This document shows, in pieces, positions 38,717-51,139 of a stretch of DNA of 64,000 nucleotides. Source of the DNA: the human T2T-CHM13v2.0 reference genome, Homo sapiens; the NCBI RefSeq assembly GCF_009914755.1, contig NC_060932.1; one strand, written 5' to 3'. Position numbers and translations under genes: made by a program. The notes beneath the pieces are model-generated. The model was not told the origin of the DNA. It did no database searches and saw only the letters and a list, made by a program, of their open reading frames with translations. Positions within the stretch are counted from its first letter, which is position 1. Every line of letters starts with the position of its first letter.

Positions 38717-39290
38717 TGTATTAATCAGGACTCTTGGGATTTTAAACGTCAAACACCTAGAGAAACTTGTTTGATAAGCAGGGAAGTTATTGGCTTGTGT
38801 AACTGAAGAGTTTTGGTAGGGCTGAATCCAGGTTTCCAGAAGATGTCAGGTGTTTGCCTCTCCTTCACAAGGCTTAACTTTTCTCAGTGTGGCTTCATTC
38901 TCAGGCAAGCTGCCTACAAATAGTGTCCAAAAGGCCTTAATGGCAACAGGCTTATATCCTACAAATAGTGTCCAAAAGGCCTTAATGGCAACAGGCGTAT
39001 ATCCTACCATCTTGGCATCCCAAGAAACATAGAGAAATGTCTCTGGCATAGGTCCTAGATAGGGTTTTCATTAATTTGGCTTGAGACATGTGCCTACTTT
39101 CATTGTGATGGGGTTATAGAACTGTGATAGTCTTAAACTAGGTCAGGTACCCACCACTGAAACCAAGACTCAAGGTCAGTCTCACCCAAACCATGGATGA
39201 CTGTGGGGAAGAGGAGGTTCCCAAGAGGTTACCAGGTTTCTGTTTCCAAAAGAGAGGGAAATAGATGTTAAGCTAGTATGTGTTCACTCA
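38717..39290 (-). mobile_element. Old MLT1-type solo LTR
   Basis: 'tgtattaatcaggactcttgg...ttattggcttgtgtaactgaa...gcttcattctcaggcaagct...gtcaggtacccacc'. Confidence 0.6.
38913..39002. repeat. Tandem duplication, 2 x 45 bp
   Basis: cctacaaatagtgtccaaaaggccttaatggcaacaggc(t/g)tatat twice, one mismatch. Confidence 0.97.
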
Positions 39291-40764
39291 CCCACACATC
39301 ACCCTCACACAACCCACCACAAGCTGATAACAGTTTAAGGTATTGTATTCCTGATAGCATTAGCCTTTTGTGAAGGACTGTACGTGTTTTAGTTGAGTAT
39401 AACATGGAAATTTGGGGTACCATGGAAAGGCCAGTGAGGGGGTTAGAGAAGGTGGAGATTTTGTATTTCAGGGTTTTTTAGGCTCCCTCAAATTATAGCA
39501 CAAAATATCTACTTTGTGGCATAGCATAAAATACTTTACTTATAAATTCTGTCCTGATGATAGCCAGGAACTCAGCCTGAGATGAAAAGGTTTCCATTAG
39601 TGAACCACATGTAGACAATTGTAAGTTAATGCTAATTCATTATCCTCACACCTGGGCTTTCCAAATTTGTCTACCTCTTTTTTTTTTCTTAACCATGTAT
39701 TGCTTATCTTTCTCATGAACATAACCAATGTCTTATGAGCCCAAGTCAAGTAGTGAACATCAGATAGGAAATTATAATTTTGTGTATATTCTTTCCCTCA
39801 TTTTTGTGGCCTTTTTGTGTAGTTCTCTTGTGCCTGGAGAAAACTCAGGGTTTGTGTGTTAAGAATGAAGTGCTTGCATTCCCTCACCCAGATGCAGTGC
39901 AGCAATGGGGTACAGTGGGACCACATTGGAAGGAGGTAAGATTGGTGGCAGGTAGTTAAAAGGTAGCATTGTTTACTGTGGGTCTAATGCAGTATTTCTG
40001 GACTGAATGGAATGGAAGTTTTGCCTAACATCTTTTAGAAATTGTTTTCAGGTCTGTTTCAATTCCTAATGTTCTTTTATATAATTTCTGACTCATTTGC
40101 TTAATGGTTTCATTTGTGTTTAAAAAAGCAACATCAAACCTTCATTATTTACTTTCCGTGATGCTTTAAATACCACAGAATTCAGTAAGGCCATCAAAGA
40201 GACAGAGAGGCCAACATTAAACATTAATTTTTATTACTTTGGCAAAGAATTCTTGAGATAATTCAGCACAGAGGAACCAGTACAGGTCTCTGATAGCTGT
40301 ACCAAGTGCTGATTAACTCAACCTCACAAAATCTCTTGCCTGTCAACAATTAGTGGAAACATACAGAAATATCTAAATATCCCAAAGATATTGGGGAGAT
40401 ATTTGGAAAGTATATGAAAACATTTAGAAACATCAGAAGTTTGAAAAACAAAGTTTTCCACATATATGAATGAGACTGGGGAAGGGAGTATGGTCTGTTT
40501 TCTTCTCACAATTTTATCACCCTGGCAGTTATTGGTGGAGAGAAGGTTCTCAGTAAGCATATGACGTATCTATTACTTTATCTTTACCTTGATTTCTCCA
40601 TTCCCATAGCTTTAAAAGTCATTAGAGGAGATAAAACAGGGTCATTTATTTTGTATTGTCATATGTATGGATTTAGCAGCATGTGATATCTTTCCTTCCT
40701 TCCTTCCTTCCTCCCTCTCTCCTCCCTCTCTGGGTATTCCCTCCTTTCCTTCCTCCCTTTTTCT

Positions 40765-41045
40765 TTCCAGTATTTAATGACTCCTACTCTATGTCATTGT
40801 CTCTTATGACTGAGAGATGCATAAGGCTTAGTCTTGCCCTCAAAAAGCTTACAGTTTTTTGAGAGGTTACACACAAGTAAATGGGCAATTTCAATATAGT
40901 ATAATAAATATTATGATAGAGGAAGTACACAGTGCCTTTGGGTCATTTAAGGAGAGCACTTAAACTCAGGGAATCAGGAAAGCCTTGTCAGGGGAAGTGC
41001 CATCTAATCTGAGTTTTGAAGGACAAGTTGAGTTAGCCAGAGCTA
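40765..41045 (-). mobile_element. L2 fragment preceded by a TTCC-rich tract
   Basis: 'agtatttaatgactcctactctatgtca...gtcttgccctcaaaaagcttacagt...atcaggaaagccttgtcaggggaagtg...ctgagttttgaagga'. Confidence 0.7.
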
Positions 41046-41925
41046 GTTTTCTATGGCTGAGTGGGCCAGATGGGAGGAGCCTGGACCTGAATTTAATCTC
41101 CCTGCTGGGGTAAGGCAGGTGTCGGTGGCCACCCCCAGCTTCAGGTGCTCAGATAGAGTCCAGTCCAGTAGTCATAGCATGGTAGCCAAAGGATTTTGCC
41201 TTGAGTTCATAATCAAGAAACGCCTCCAGGCCCTGGGGAGCAAGAGAGGAGATAGTAGTACTGGAAGTCTGCCAGACCTTAGACCTTAGGAGAGACACTT
41301 GTATGAACATGGTCAAGTGAAATTCTAGTGTCTGGAGACCATGACACAGCTCAGCCTGCACAGGGCTTGGGACGTGAGCTTTGTATGCACAGTGCAGTCC
41401 AGGATCCAGCCGACAGTCCAGTTGTTGCCTATACCCGCAGTCAATTGCCATGTTTTTTAGGAAGCCTCTGTCGAGCGACTCTAGAGGTGTTTCTCCCTTC
41501 CCTCTTATTACTAAACCTTACAGAAGCTAAGCTTGCTTCTAAGATATCTTTTAGGTTTAATATTCACAGGATTACAGTGTCTGCATTCCTTAGACGCTCC
41601 TATCATGCTGTGCTAGTCGGGCACTGTGCTAGGCACAGGGAATGTTGAGATAAAAGGAAGTTGGTTTGTTGTTTAAACTACCCAGATTGTGCATTGTTAA
41701 AAATTATTATTTTTTTGGAACTCTTAAAATTTTGTTTTGCCCAAAAAATTACATGACACTTTCCTCTTAGAAATAAGTTAGTTATATAATACAGAAATGT
41801 AAAGGCCAAAACATTAATATTTTCCTTCTTTAAATTCTAGCTTCTTTCACCAGCGTTAACAACTGATAACCTTCTCTTGTGTATCTTTTTAGTCCATTTT
41901 CTATGCTTGCATATCCATATATAAT

Positions 41926-42570
<645 letters not shown>

Positions 42571-42927
42571 AATACATACATAGCATATAGTTTTAGGAGC
42601 TTTTACTTTCTGTGCTTCCTTGTTACAGAAATGAGATTGTGCTGTAGTACGATTCTGGGACTTTTTGTTAACACAATTTGTCTTGAAGCCTTTTTGCATC
42701 AGTATGTATGGATCTAATTTAATTATTTTATTCATTGGCTGCTTAGTATTTCGTCATACAAGGTATCTGAACTTTTTAAAATTATGTATATGTAATAGTT
42801 GGTATATACAACAGAATATGTACCACCTATGTGAGTTATGAAGCCTAGCAATAAAACAGTCATCTGTAAATTTATCTCTCAACCTAAGATCACTAATACC
42901 ATCGACCTTAGTCAATCAAACTACTTG

Positions 42928-43150
42928 ACCTCAGATCATCAGGCAATCAGGCATTAGTTAGAATTACCTAAGGAGCATGCATGTGCAGTTCACAATAGGG
43001 TTTGGGTTTCTATGAGAATCTAATGCTGCCACTAATCTAACTGACAGGAGGCAGAGCTCAGGCAGTAATGCTCACTTCCTGTTGTGCGGCCATATTCCTA
43101 ACAGGCCACAGACTGGTACCAGTATGCTAGCTGGGGGTTGGGGACCCCTG
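42928..43150 (+). mobile_element. MER1B-like hAT-Charlie element (partial)
   Basis: 'cctcagatcatcaggc...tgcagttcacaatagggtt...tatgagaatctaatgctgcc...ctgacaggaggcagagctcagg...gggggttggggacccctg'. Confidence 0.85.
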
Positions 43151-43199
43151 CTATACAGTCTTCCTGTGTCCCCTCACCCCGCCAATGCTAGTCTGAAGT

Positions 43200-43740
43200 T
43201 TTTTGTGTTAATTCTCTTATACTTTTTAAAAATAGTTTTTCCATATTATGAGTATGTTGAAACAATATATTATATAGTTACTTTTTAAAAAGCTTTATAA
43301 AATTGCCGTTTTAGTTGTACATAGTCTTTTACAATTTGCTTTTTTAACATAGCATTCATATTGCAGTGTGCAGCTGTGCTTCATTTATTTTCATAGCTTA
43401 TAACACTCCATTGTGTGAATATGCCGCAATTCACCTCTCCATTCTACTGTTGATGGACTTTTGGGTCATTTCCAGTTTTTGCTGTTTCAAACAGTGCTGC
43501 TTATGAACATTTTTGTCCGTGTCTCCTGGCACATACATACAAGAGTTGCTCTAGGGTATATACCTAGGAGTGGAATTTCTGGGTCACGAGGTTTACACAT
43601 ACTTGGCTTTGCTAGGTAATGCCAAATTGTTTTCAATGGGATTATGCCAATTTACATTCCCATTAGAAGTATGTAAGAATTCTGGTTGTTCCTTTTCCTC
43701 CTTAGTGCATGGTATTTGCAGAAGGCTTAACTTTTTACCA
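43200..43740 (-). mobile_element. L1ME-class fragment
   Basis: 'ccattctactgttgatggacttttgggtcatttccagtttt...gggtatatacctaggagtggaatttctgggtca...tttacattcccattag'. Confidence 0.8.
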
Positions 43741-44912
43741 TCAATACTCTTTTCAGGGATACCAAGCAAAAACTTAATGAGAGTCTGACTCTGTTATCAT
43801 AATAAATATTTTTCTACTTTTCTCTGTAAAAATGATTTTCTCTTTCTTGCCCTATTTTTTTTGCCTCATTGTTCCCTAAGTTTATGTCATCTACTAATAA
43901 ATTATATTTAAAAATAATTAATACATTAAAACAAATCTGCCAAATGGGCCTTTCAATTCTTTCCAACTCTAAAATAAATGTAATTCTAGTAGAAATCCAT
44001 ATACAAATCATGGTTCATAAAACTGAAGGTTAACATTGCTACCATATGGAGAAGTTAGCTCACATACAAAAAGAGAAAACCATCAGTTCTCCAAATATTT
44101 CTTTTTACCAAATTTGACTTTAACAGCAAACTGGATTGTGTGTACTCTTGAAAGGAATAGTGCTCCATCTTGCTCTCCCTCTCTTTCTTCATCCTTCCTT
44201 AGTTTTGTTCTTTCTTTCTTTGCTTCTTTTATGTATTCATTCACTGATTCACTAAAACCCAGTGGAGAAGACAAATGAATTATTACTGTGTAGCCTGCAA
44301 ATGGGATGATGAGGAATGGACAGATGTCTTTTGGAGTGAGAGAAGGAAACTTGACTTCTGTATTTCTTGAGTTCACTTCAGTTCTTAAGATAAAGTAGGT
44401 TCTACTGAGTATTTGCTAAATGAATGAACAAATCAATACTCTAAAATGTTTTCAGCTTTTTACTCATTGTAGTGTAGGAAGAGCTACATGGAGTTGAATT
44501 TCTATCAACTAGCCCATCTTTTATTACTGGAGTTAGTCTTCTTTGGTAATTTAATACTCAGAGTACCTCATATGATCTCTTTATCGATGCCTTCAGGAGA
44601 CATTAAACGTTCTATCAATTAATTATACTTAAAAAGAATACCTTTTGGATTCATTCAAGCACTTCATCTTCTTTCCCCAAATCTTGGGAACTGGTGTCAG
44701 CTCCTTAAAATGAGCCAGCATGCTTTTTCACCCTCCCATATAAGTAAGAGCTTGTAATCACCCAGTGTTTCTCTGACCTAGAAAAGCTGAGAAATTCACA
44801 TAAATGAAAACACAGGGGCTTACAAAATTGCTTTCGGCCCTCTCCCTTAGAAGCATATCTGGCACTTGGTAACTGGCTGGATGGAATGTGGGTACTACAT
44901 GGAGTGCCCTGG

Positions 44913-44937
44913 TGCTGCTGCTGCTGCTGCTGCTGCT
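44913..44937. repeat. (TGC)8 trinucleotide repeat
   Basis: Read directly from sequence. Confidence 0.9.
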
Positions 44938-46384
44938 AGGCTTATATAACTTTGAAATCAGAAAGCAGATTCAGTGGGGTAGGGGAGAACTGCTTTTAAC
45001 AAGCTGCTGGGATTGGCTGAACTTGTGCTGGCCTTGCACTCTTACTATTATAAACTTGATGTCTTTCTCATTTGTAAACTTTATTTGCATGCCAGAGCTC
45101 AGCTGAATTTGCCTGGGTTCCTAGTTTCTTTAATCTTTTGTCCTGACTGGCTTGCATGTAAATCAGCTTCAGACTTTCAGCTGCCCATATATTGCCCTAG
45201 TTTGCACTCTATAAAGAGTTCTTTCTTTGTAGGCTCCTGTCCAAAGCATGGCAGTATGTCTTAAAACTGTACAATATGGTTACTATTAGTAGTAATGAGT
45301 TGTTATTGAGTGTCAGTATGAGGTTGAGTAGATGGAGCAACCAAGGCAGCTTAGAACTGAGGGTTTCCCAGCTAACATGCTGTGGAACCCTGGAAAATTT
45401 GCCAAGCTCCTCCAGGTCTCCTATTCCATCCTGCCAGAGGTGATGTTTTTCTTTCCTGCTAGGTATGTCATGAATATAACTGAGAACCATGATTCTAAAA
45501 CAATTAGAATGAAACTTTGTGATTTTATTTGATGAGATAAGCACTGTTTTCATATCTTTACATACATACTGCGTTGTTAAGTCCTATTGTCATAACCATG
45601 AATTAAATGTAGTCATTTTTATATTTTTAAATATAGCAATGCAAGAAAACTGAACTGATAGAGTGATAATAAGGCAGATAAGTGAAAGAGGAAGGTGTTT
45701 AGCCATTCAAGCTACTGCTGAAATAGTGAATCTCTTTAATGGTAATATATGAGCTGGAATGTTTATCCTTATCCTTTCCTCTAGAGAAGATTAATTTATT
45801 TGGCAATATCTAAATAACTGAGAATGGTATATTCCTCATTCATAACTTAGAGAAACAATTTGGCTACTTTTGTTGGCAGAACCTGAAATAGCATTGCCCT
45901 TCCAAAGACTGTTTAACTTGATTTCACAAGTAAACCACAAAATGCAATTATTTGATATTTTACCATATCCCATTCCCTTCTTTCATCCCCATAATGCAGG
46001 GGGCTGAGTTTGGATTTGCAAACCTTACTCCTTAGCCTAAGCCCTTACAATTGTTTGTATGTAATGCCAGATGCATGTTAAGGAAGGAATCCTATAGAGG
46101 CAGGTTACTTGGAGCGAAGTTTTCAGGGTGGCCAGCTCTGCCCAGTTGCCTTCTTTGGTCCCAGCGAGATTTGTAGTTTTGGTTTCTCTGTTTGAGGCTG
46201 GGTTGGGTGCAGGGACCAAGCAAATGAAAAACAGACCCTTGGGGTATAAAAGAGGTGAGACATAGGTCAAACAACCTATGGCTCCTCTAGCTGATACAGA
46301 AGATCCATCACCAACAACATAGGTTTATGGCTCAGTCCCATGACCTGGGTGGAATATCCGGAGCAGTTCTGGAAATATACCATC

Positions 46385-46580
46385 CATTATAATCATCTGA
46401 GTGCTTGATTAAAATGTATATTCCTTTAAACACAAACAACAAAAACAAAAACATGTAGATTCCTGGGACCCATGCTCAGATTCTGATTCACTAGATCTGG
46501 GGCGGGACCCAGGAGTCTGCACTGATGCAGATGTCACAGACAATTCTGATGCTGGTGCTCTAAGAGCCACACTTGGAAAA
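46385..46580. mobile_element. MER5A-like element
   Basis: 'agattcctggga...agattctgattcactagatctggggcgggacccaggagtctgc...attctgatgctggt...ccacacttgga'. Confidence 0.75.
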
Positions 46581-46976
46581 ATTCAGTTTAGTGCCTCTTT
46601 GTCATTCTTCCCTTTGGCTCCTTGCCTTTATTTCAGGAAATAACTATGAATATGACTTTCAATGTCACCTCTAGGAGCTGCAGCCAGACATTCCTATGAT
46701 GTACTTATAGCTAATCTAGTTGAGCTCCATTTGAGAGGATTCTAGATATATTACTTACTAGAGATCTGGCTTTCTAGAAGGCTCCCACTGGATCCAGGTA
46801 ATGTCCAGTGGCTTGAACGATAGAAAGCTGGAGTCAGCAGCTGGCCTTCCAGACCCATACAAATCCTCTTTCTTTGGAAAGCCTCTAGCACTTCACTGTA
46901 AAATAACAGATAATCCCAGGCCAGAATTTTAATTAGAAAAGCTGAATGACCTGTAAGTAAATTATTAAGAATTTCA

Positions 46977-47077
46977 ATATCAGCTAAGATCAATGGAACA
47001 GAACAGACAGCCCTGAGGTGCATCTGTAGATGCGTGTACACAATAATTAAGTTTGTTATAAAGATCCTATATACTAT
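46977..47077 (+). repeat. Left arm of inverted duplication (L1M ORF2-like core)
   Basis: Reverse-complement match to 49083-49195; core 46977-47065 vs 49106-49195 has about 10 mismatches and 1 indel in ~90 bp. Confidence 0.9.
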
Positions 47078-47154
47078 TTTCTCTGTATGTAATGGTGGGA
47101 CCTATTTTCATACAATCCATAGATACAATTGAAATAATACAAATAATACAAATC

Positions 47155-47335
47155 ATTGATAACTGACTACCATGGGTCAGGCCTTGTTCTGCACGATTTC
47201 TATATATTCTGCTAATACTCATAATAAGCAGCACTTTAAGTATTATTACTCTTCTCCTTTTATAGTTAAGAAACCAAGGCACAGGGAAGCTAAGTAACTT
47301 GCATAATGTTGCACAGCAAGAAAGTAGCAGGCTGG
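47155..47335 (-). mobile_element. MIR SINE
   Basis: 'ttttatagttaagaaaccaaggcacagggaagctaagtaacttgc'. Confidence 0.75.
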
Positions 47336-49082
47336 TCCTCTTGGTTTATTTAAGTTAAAATGAAATAATGGAGGAAATTAGGAATCTGAAGAAACCTCCA
47401 TTTTCAAAAGAGTAGAAAAATAGATACCTGAAGGGCATCGTGGGGTCATAACATAACAACTGTGAGAAGTGTTGTAGCTTTTTGTATGTTTGTGAAATTT
47501 TTCAAAAATGTGTCTAGGTACAGTAGTTGAAGCTTCTAATGCATATTGGGGTTAATTCCAGGACTCTTATCGTCACTCAGGGTTTGACAAAGTAATAGTT
47601 ATTTGTATTACTAAACCTTTTAGGCTGGAAGGTTTTGTACATTAATAGATGTTAAAGATCTTACTGCAGAAATTACTGTCATGATTTTGGAAGCCCTAGT
47701 TTAACCCACATTGATCATAATATGTCTCTGGCATGGTCAAGAAGTTCTTTTTTCCTGATTCAAGTACTTTATAAAGCATATTTAAAGGCTGGCTTCAATC
47801 TCTCTGGAGTTATACAGCCCTTCTGTTAGTCCTGGTACAATCCCTCTTGAGAATTTTTTCTTTTTTTTAGTGTTATCAAAAACACAGTAAGACGATTGAT
47901 ATTGCTTAGTACTGAATCCCGGAGTTCTGTCTATGATCAAAATATCCTCTGGCCCACCAGCCAAGATTCCAAAAGTGGTCTCATTATGGTTCATACCCAG
48001 TTTTCCATCCTACAGCCTTGGGTTGAGAGCTGCAGCCTCCCTCCAAAGTCCCCTCCAGGCAGTTCTGGGAGTTCTGAGGTGTTTCTAGTCTGTTCAGTCC
48101 ATTTGTTCATGACCCCCTGCTTCTGTCGTCTCGTTAGTATATCCTGATATAATAAAAGTTTGAAAATATAATCAATGCTAGTAAGGAACAGAGTCCTATG
48201 CTGTACCATTTCTTTCTGAAGTGTAGCTTTGTTATTAAAAACAATAATAAAAAAAGGACTGGTACAAAATTTCCTGTTCTGGAGGTGTGGAGTTTTTCAT
48301 ATGTCAACCAGCTTTAACCTTTTGAAGGTTTAATGAAATCAGCAAATATAATCCACTGTACGAGAGTGGATATGAATCAAGTCTATCATTGTTGAACAAA
48401 CGGCATTAATTTCCAGTGCACATGTGGATCTGAGTTTTAAAATATTGGTTTGAAAAATGTCAAGCTGCTCATTGTTTTAGAATATTTGAGCAGCTTGCTA
48501 GTATACTCTTTTTAAACAGTTGTACTTCTAAAAGGTTACAGTGTTTGCATATTTATTCCTTTCAATTTAAAAAATTCTTCCAGTGGCCTGGGTAGTAGGG
48601 AAATACCTCGAATTCCTTTTTTTATGGATTGTACTTCCTAGAGGGTATTAAAAAAAACTCCCTTTCACTTTTAGCAGTAGCTGAAGCTACAGGACTCACT
48701 TTACACCCCAGCGCTCATCATCATGTCTCCGGGTGAAGTTCTCTTCAGTGTCCCCAGAAGCTGTAGAATTAGATTGCTTAAAGCTCGTGGAAAAGCTTAT
48801 ATCTCCTATGTCCAGTGTCAGCCCCCTAGGAAGAAAAGAGCTCTGGGGGAACTAATGCTTGTTGAGTGCTCTAAGGAACCAGGGATTGGATGATGAGCAG
48901 GACGGCCATGGGCCCTGCTCTCCTGGAGATCATGGTTGCTGTTCAGCCAGGGTCAGTGGGGCAGAGAGCACAGTCGTCTCAAAAGTGGGTGTGGGGAGAT
49001 CCATGAGGATGTTGGAAGCAAATATAAAACTGAGGGTTTTCTCATTTTGAATTTCCATTGTTGCAGATGTTTCATAATGCAG

Positions 49083-49195
49083 ATAGTATATTGGTATTTT
49101 GGTGCATCTTTTACAACAAACTTAATTATTTTGTATACACATACACAGATGTGCTTCAGGGCTGTCTGTTGTGTTCCATTGATCTTAGCTGATAT
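49083..49195 (-). repeat. Right arm of inverted duplication
   Basis: Minus strand reads atatcagctaagatcaatggaacacaacagacagccctgaagcacatctgtgtatgtgtatacaaaataattaagtttgttgtaaaagat, matching 46977 onward. Confidence 0.9.
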
Positions 49196-50188
49196 CTTTA
49201 AGAAGGATTGACAACTATATTTTAAAAATCTAATCTATCTAATCAGGAAATTGATTTAAACAAAGCACTCCATGCCATACAAGATTTGATTGAGCTGTTT
49301 TTTCTTTTTTCCCAAGATGAAAGAGTGCCTAGGAGCATGGTTATTTTTGCCCCTATATCCAATTTAGCACCTCTTTCAAGTTAGGTTTGAAGTTGGAAGA
49401 ATTACAACATATTTCTATAAAATAATCTGTTTAATGATATGATGTTTCATTTCTTACTAAAACAAAACCCTTCCCATTAACTTGTTCGCTTGTCCCCATT
49501 TTATCATATATGCCTAGGGAGAAGTCTCCATTAACTGGTTTCTTCCTGCTCCTAAACTGTATCCTCTTTCTTAAGCAAGTTCTCCACACTATTAGTTTGC
49601 TTTCAGGTTCCCCTGTGTTTGCTCTCTGTTCAAAACTGGTGATGCTGTGAATTGTAGTCAGCTCAAGTGACTTCCAGGTGACTTGCCTTCAGCAGTGGCT
49701 GCTCATTTCATGCACTGCAGAATCCCTGGGTCATGCTGACCTGTTGATGATACCAGCATCACAGACTGCACATATCAGGCCTGCTTTCTATGATGCTGGT
49801 TTTCCAATTAACTTTGTGAAAAGGTATATCCCTGCTTATGTCTTCCTGGTTATCCAGCTCCTCTTGCATTTGATTTCATCTTCAGCACTCGTCTGTTTGC
49901 CAGTTTTCCATAGTAGAAAGATAGATTTTTTTTCAAAAACGACTCTTCCCTTTTAGTTCCATTCCATAGGACTTCTAAAACAGATACTTGCATTGCTTTC
50001 ATTTCCAAAACAAAATTATTTGATAATTACAAAAATAATTCTAGAAAATAATTGTCATGTTAGTTTGCTATATTGAATATTTTTTGGGACTTCTAGATTT
50101 AATGTATCACATTTCACTAATTGAAAGAAAATTATTATCAGCAAGATAAATCTGTTTGGGAGTGTTTACTTATTTCTTTAATTTTCTA

Positions 50189-50345
50189 TTTTTTTATTAT
50201 ACTTTAAGTTTTAGGGTACATGTGCACATTGTGCAGGTTAGTTACATATGTATACATGTGCCATGCTGGTGCGCTGCACCCACTAACTCTAGTTATATCT
50301 CCCAATGCTATCCCTCCCCCTCCCCCCACCCCACAACAGTCCCCA
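50189..50345 (-). mobile_element. Short 5'-truncated L1PA2/PA3-like 3' end
   Basis: 'ttatactttaagttttagggtacatgtgcacattgtgcaggttagttaca...gctggtgcgctgcacccactaactc'; small internal deletion; TSD taattttcta at 50179-50188 and 50346-50355. Confidence 0.9.
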
Positions 50346-50544
50346 TAATTTTCTAAATTAACATGCCCCTCCATAATTCTGAAATCCAAATTAAACTAGT
50401 ATTTCTGGTACCTCAAGATTCCCTAAATGGAGCTTCCTGGGTCAGTACGCCACTTAATCTAACTTGTGAAGAAAGACTTCAGCACTCAAACTCATTCTGA
50501 CCCTGTGGACTTTGCTTCAGCTGCTCCCTTTGGCTGTAGTTCTC

Positions 50545-50850
50545 TTTCTCAGAGCTTCATGTGGCCAGCTCTTATCACTCAAGTCTCAACTCAAACCTTA
50601 CTTTCTTGGAAAGACCGTTTTCTGGCCGCTGAGGTCTCTGCCACTATCTGTCATAGAATTTGATTTTATTTTTTCACATCATGTGTCAGTCCCTGGAATT
50701 ATTTTTGTTAACTTGTACATCTACTGTCCTCCAATTAGAATGTAAGTTGAGAAGAACAGAGCCATTGTCTGTCAAGTTCATTGCTGTATCCCCAGTACAT
50801 AGTATGGTGGCCAGCACACAGTGGTTTGATAAATTCTTGGTGAATGCATG
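50545..50850 (+). mobile_element. L2 3' end
   Basis: 'ttagaatgtaagttgag...gttcattgctgtatccccagtacatag...cacacagtgg...ttggtgaatg'. Confidence 0.75.
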
Positions 50851-50960
50851 GATATAACATTTGAGAAATGCTGCATAAAATATCATTCAATGGGTTTCTC
50901 TAGAGTGAGATATATTGGTACAGCATTTTCCAAATATATTTGACTAAGAACATGTATATA

Positions 50961-51135
50961 TGCCATGTGCCACATAATGCAGTTTTGATCAATGACTGGC
51001 CACATGTATGAAAGTGGTCTCACAAAATTATAATGGAGTAGGCTATATCATCTAGGTTTGTTATGTACACCCTATGGTGCTTGCACAACAAAGAAATTGC
51101 CTAAATGACACATTTTTCAAATGTATCCCCATTGT
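50961..51135 (+). mobile_element. Tigger3/MER7-like internally deleted element
   Basis: 'catgtgccacataatg...gtggtctcacaaaattataatggag' joined to 'taggctatatcatctaggtttg...tacaccctatg...aaattgcctaa...tatcccc'. Confidence 0.75.
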
Positions 51136-51139
51136 CTCC

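Noticed and set aside
38913-39002. Direct repeat as CRISPR-like array
   Set aside because: Only two abutting copies, no spacers, eukaryotic context.
44913-44937. CTG repeat as a known disease locus or signal-peptide poly-Leu exon
   Set aside because: Only 8 units, flanks not recognised, ORF has a non-ATG start and no clear exon structure.
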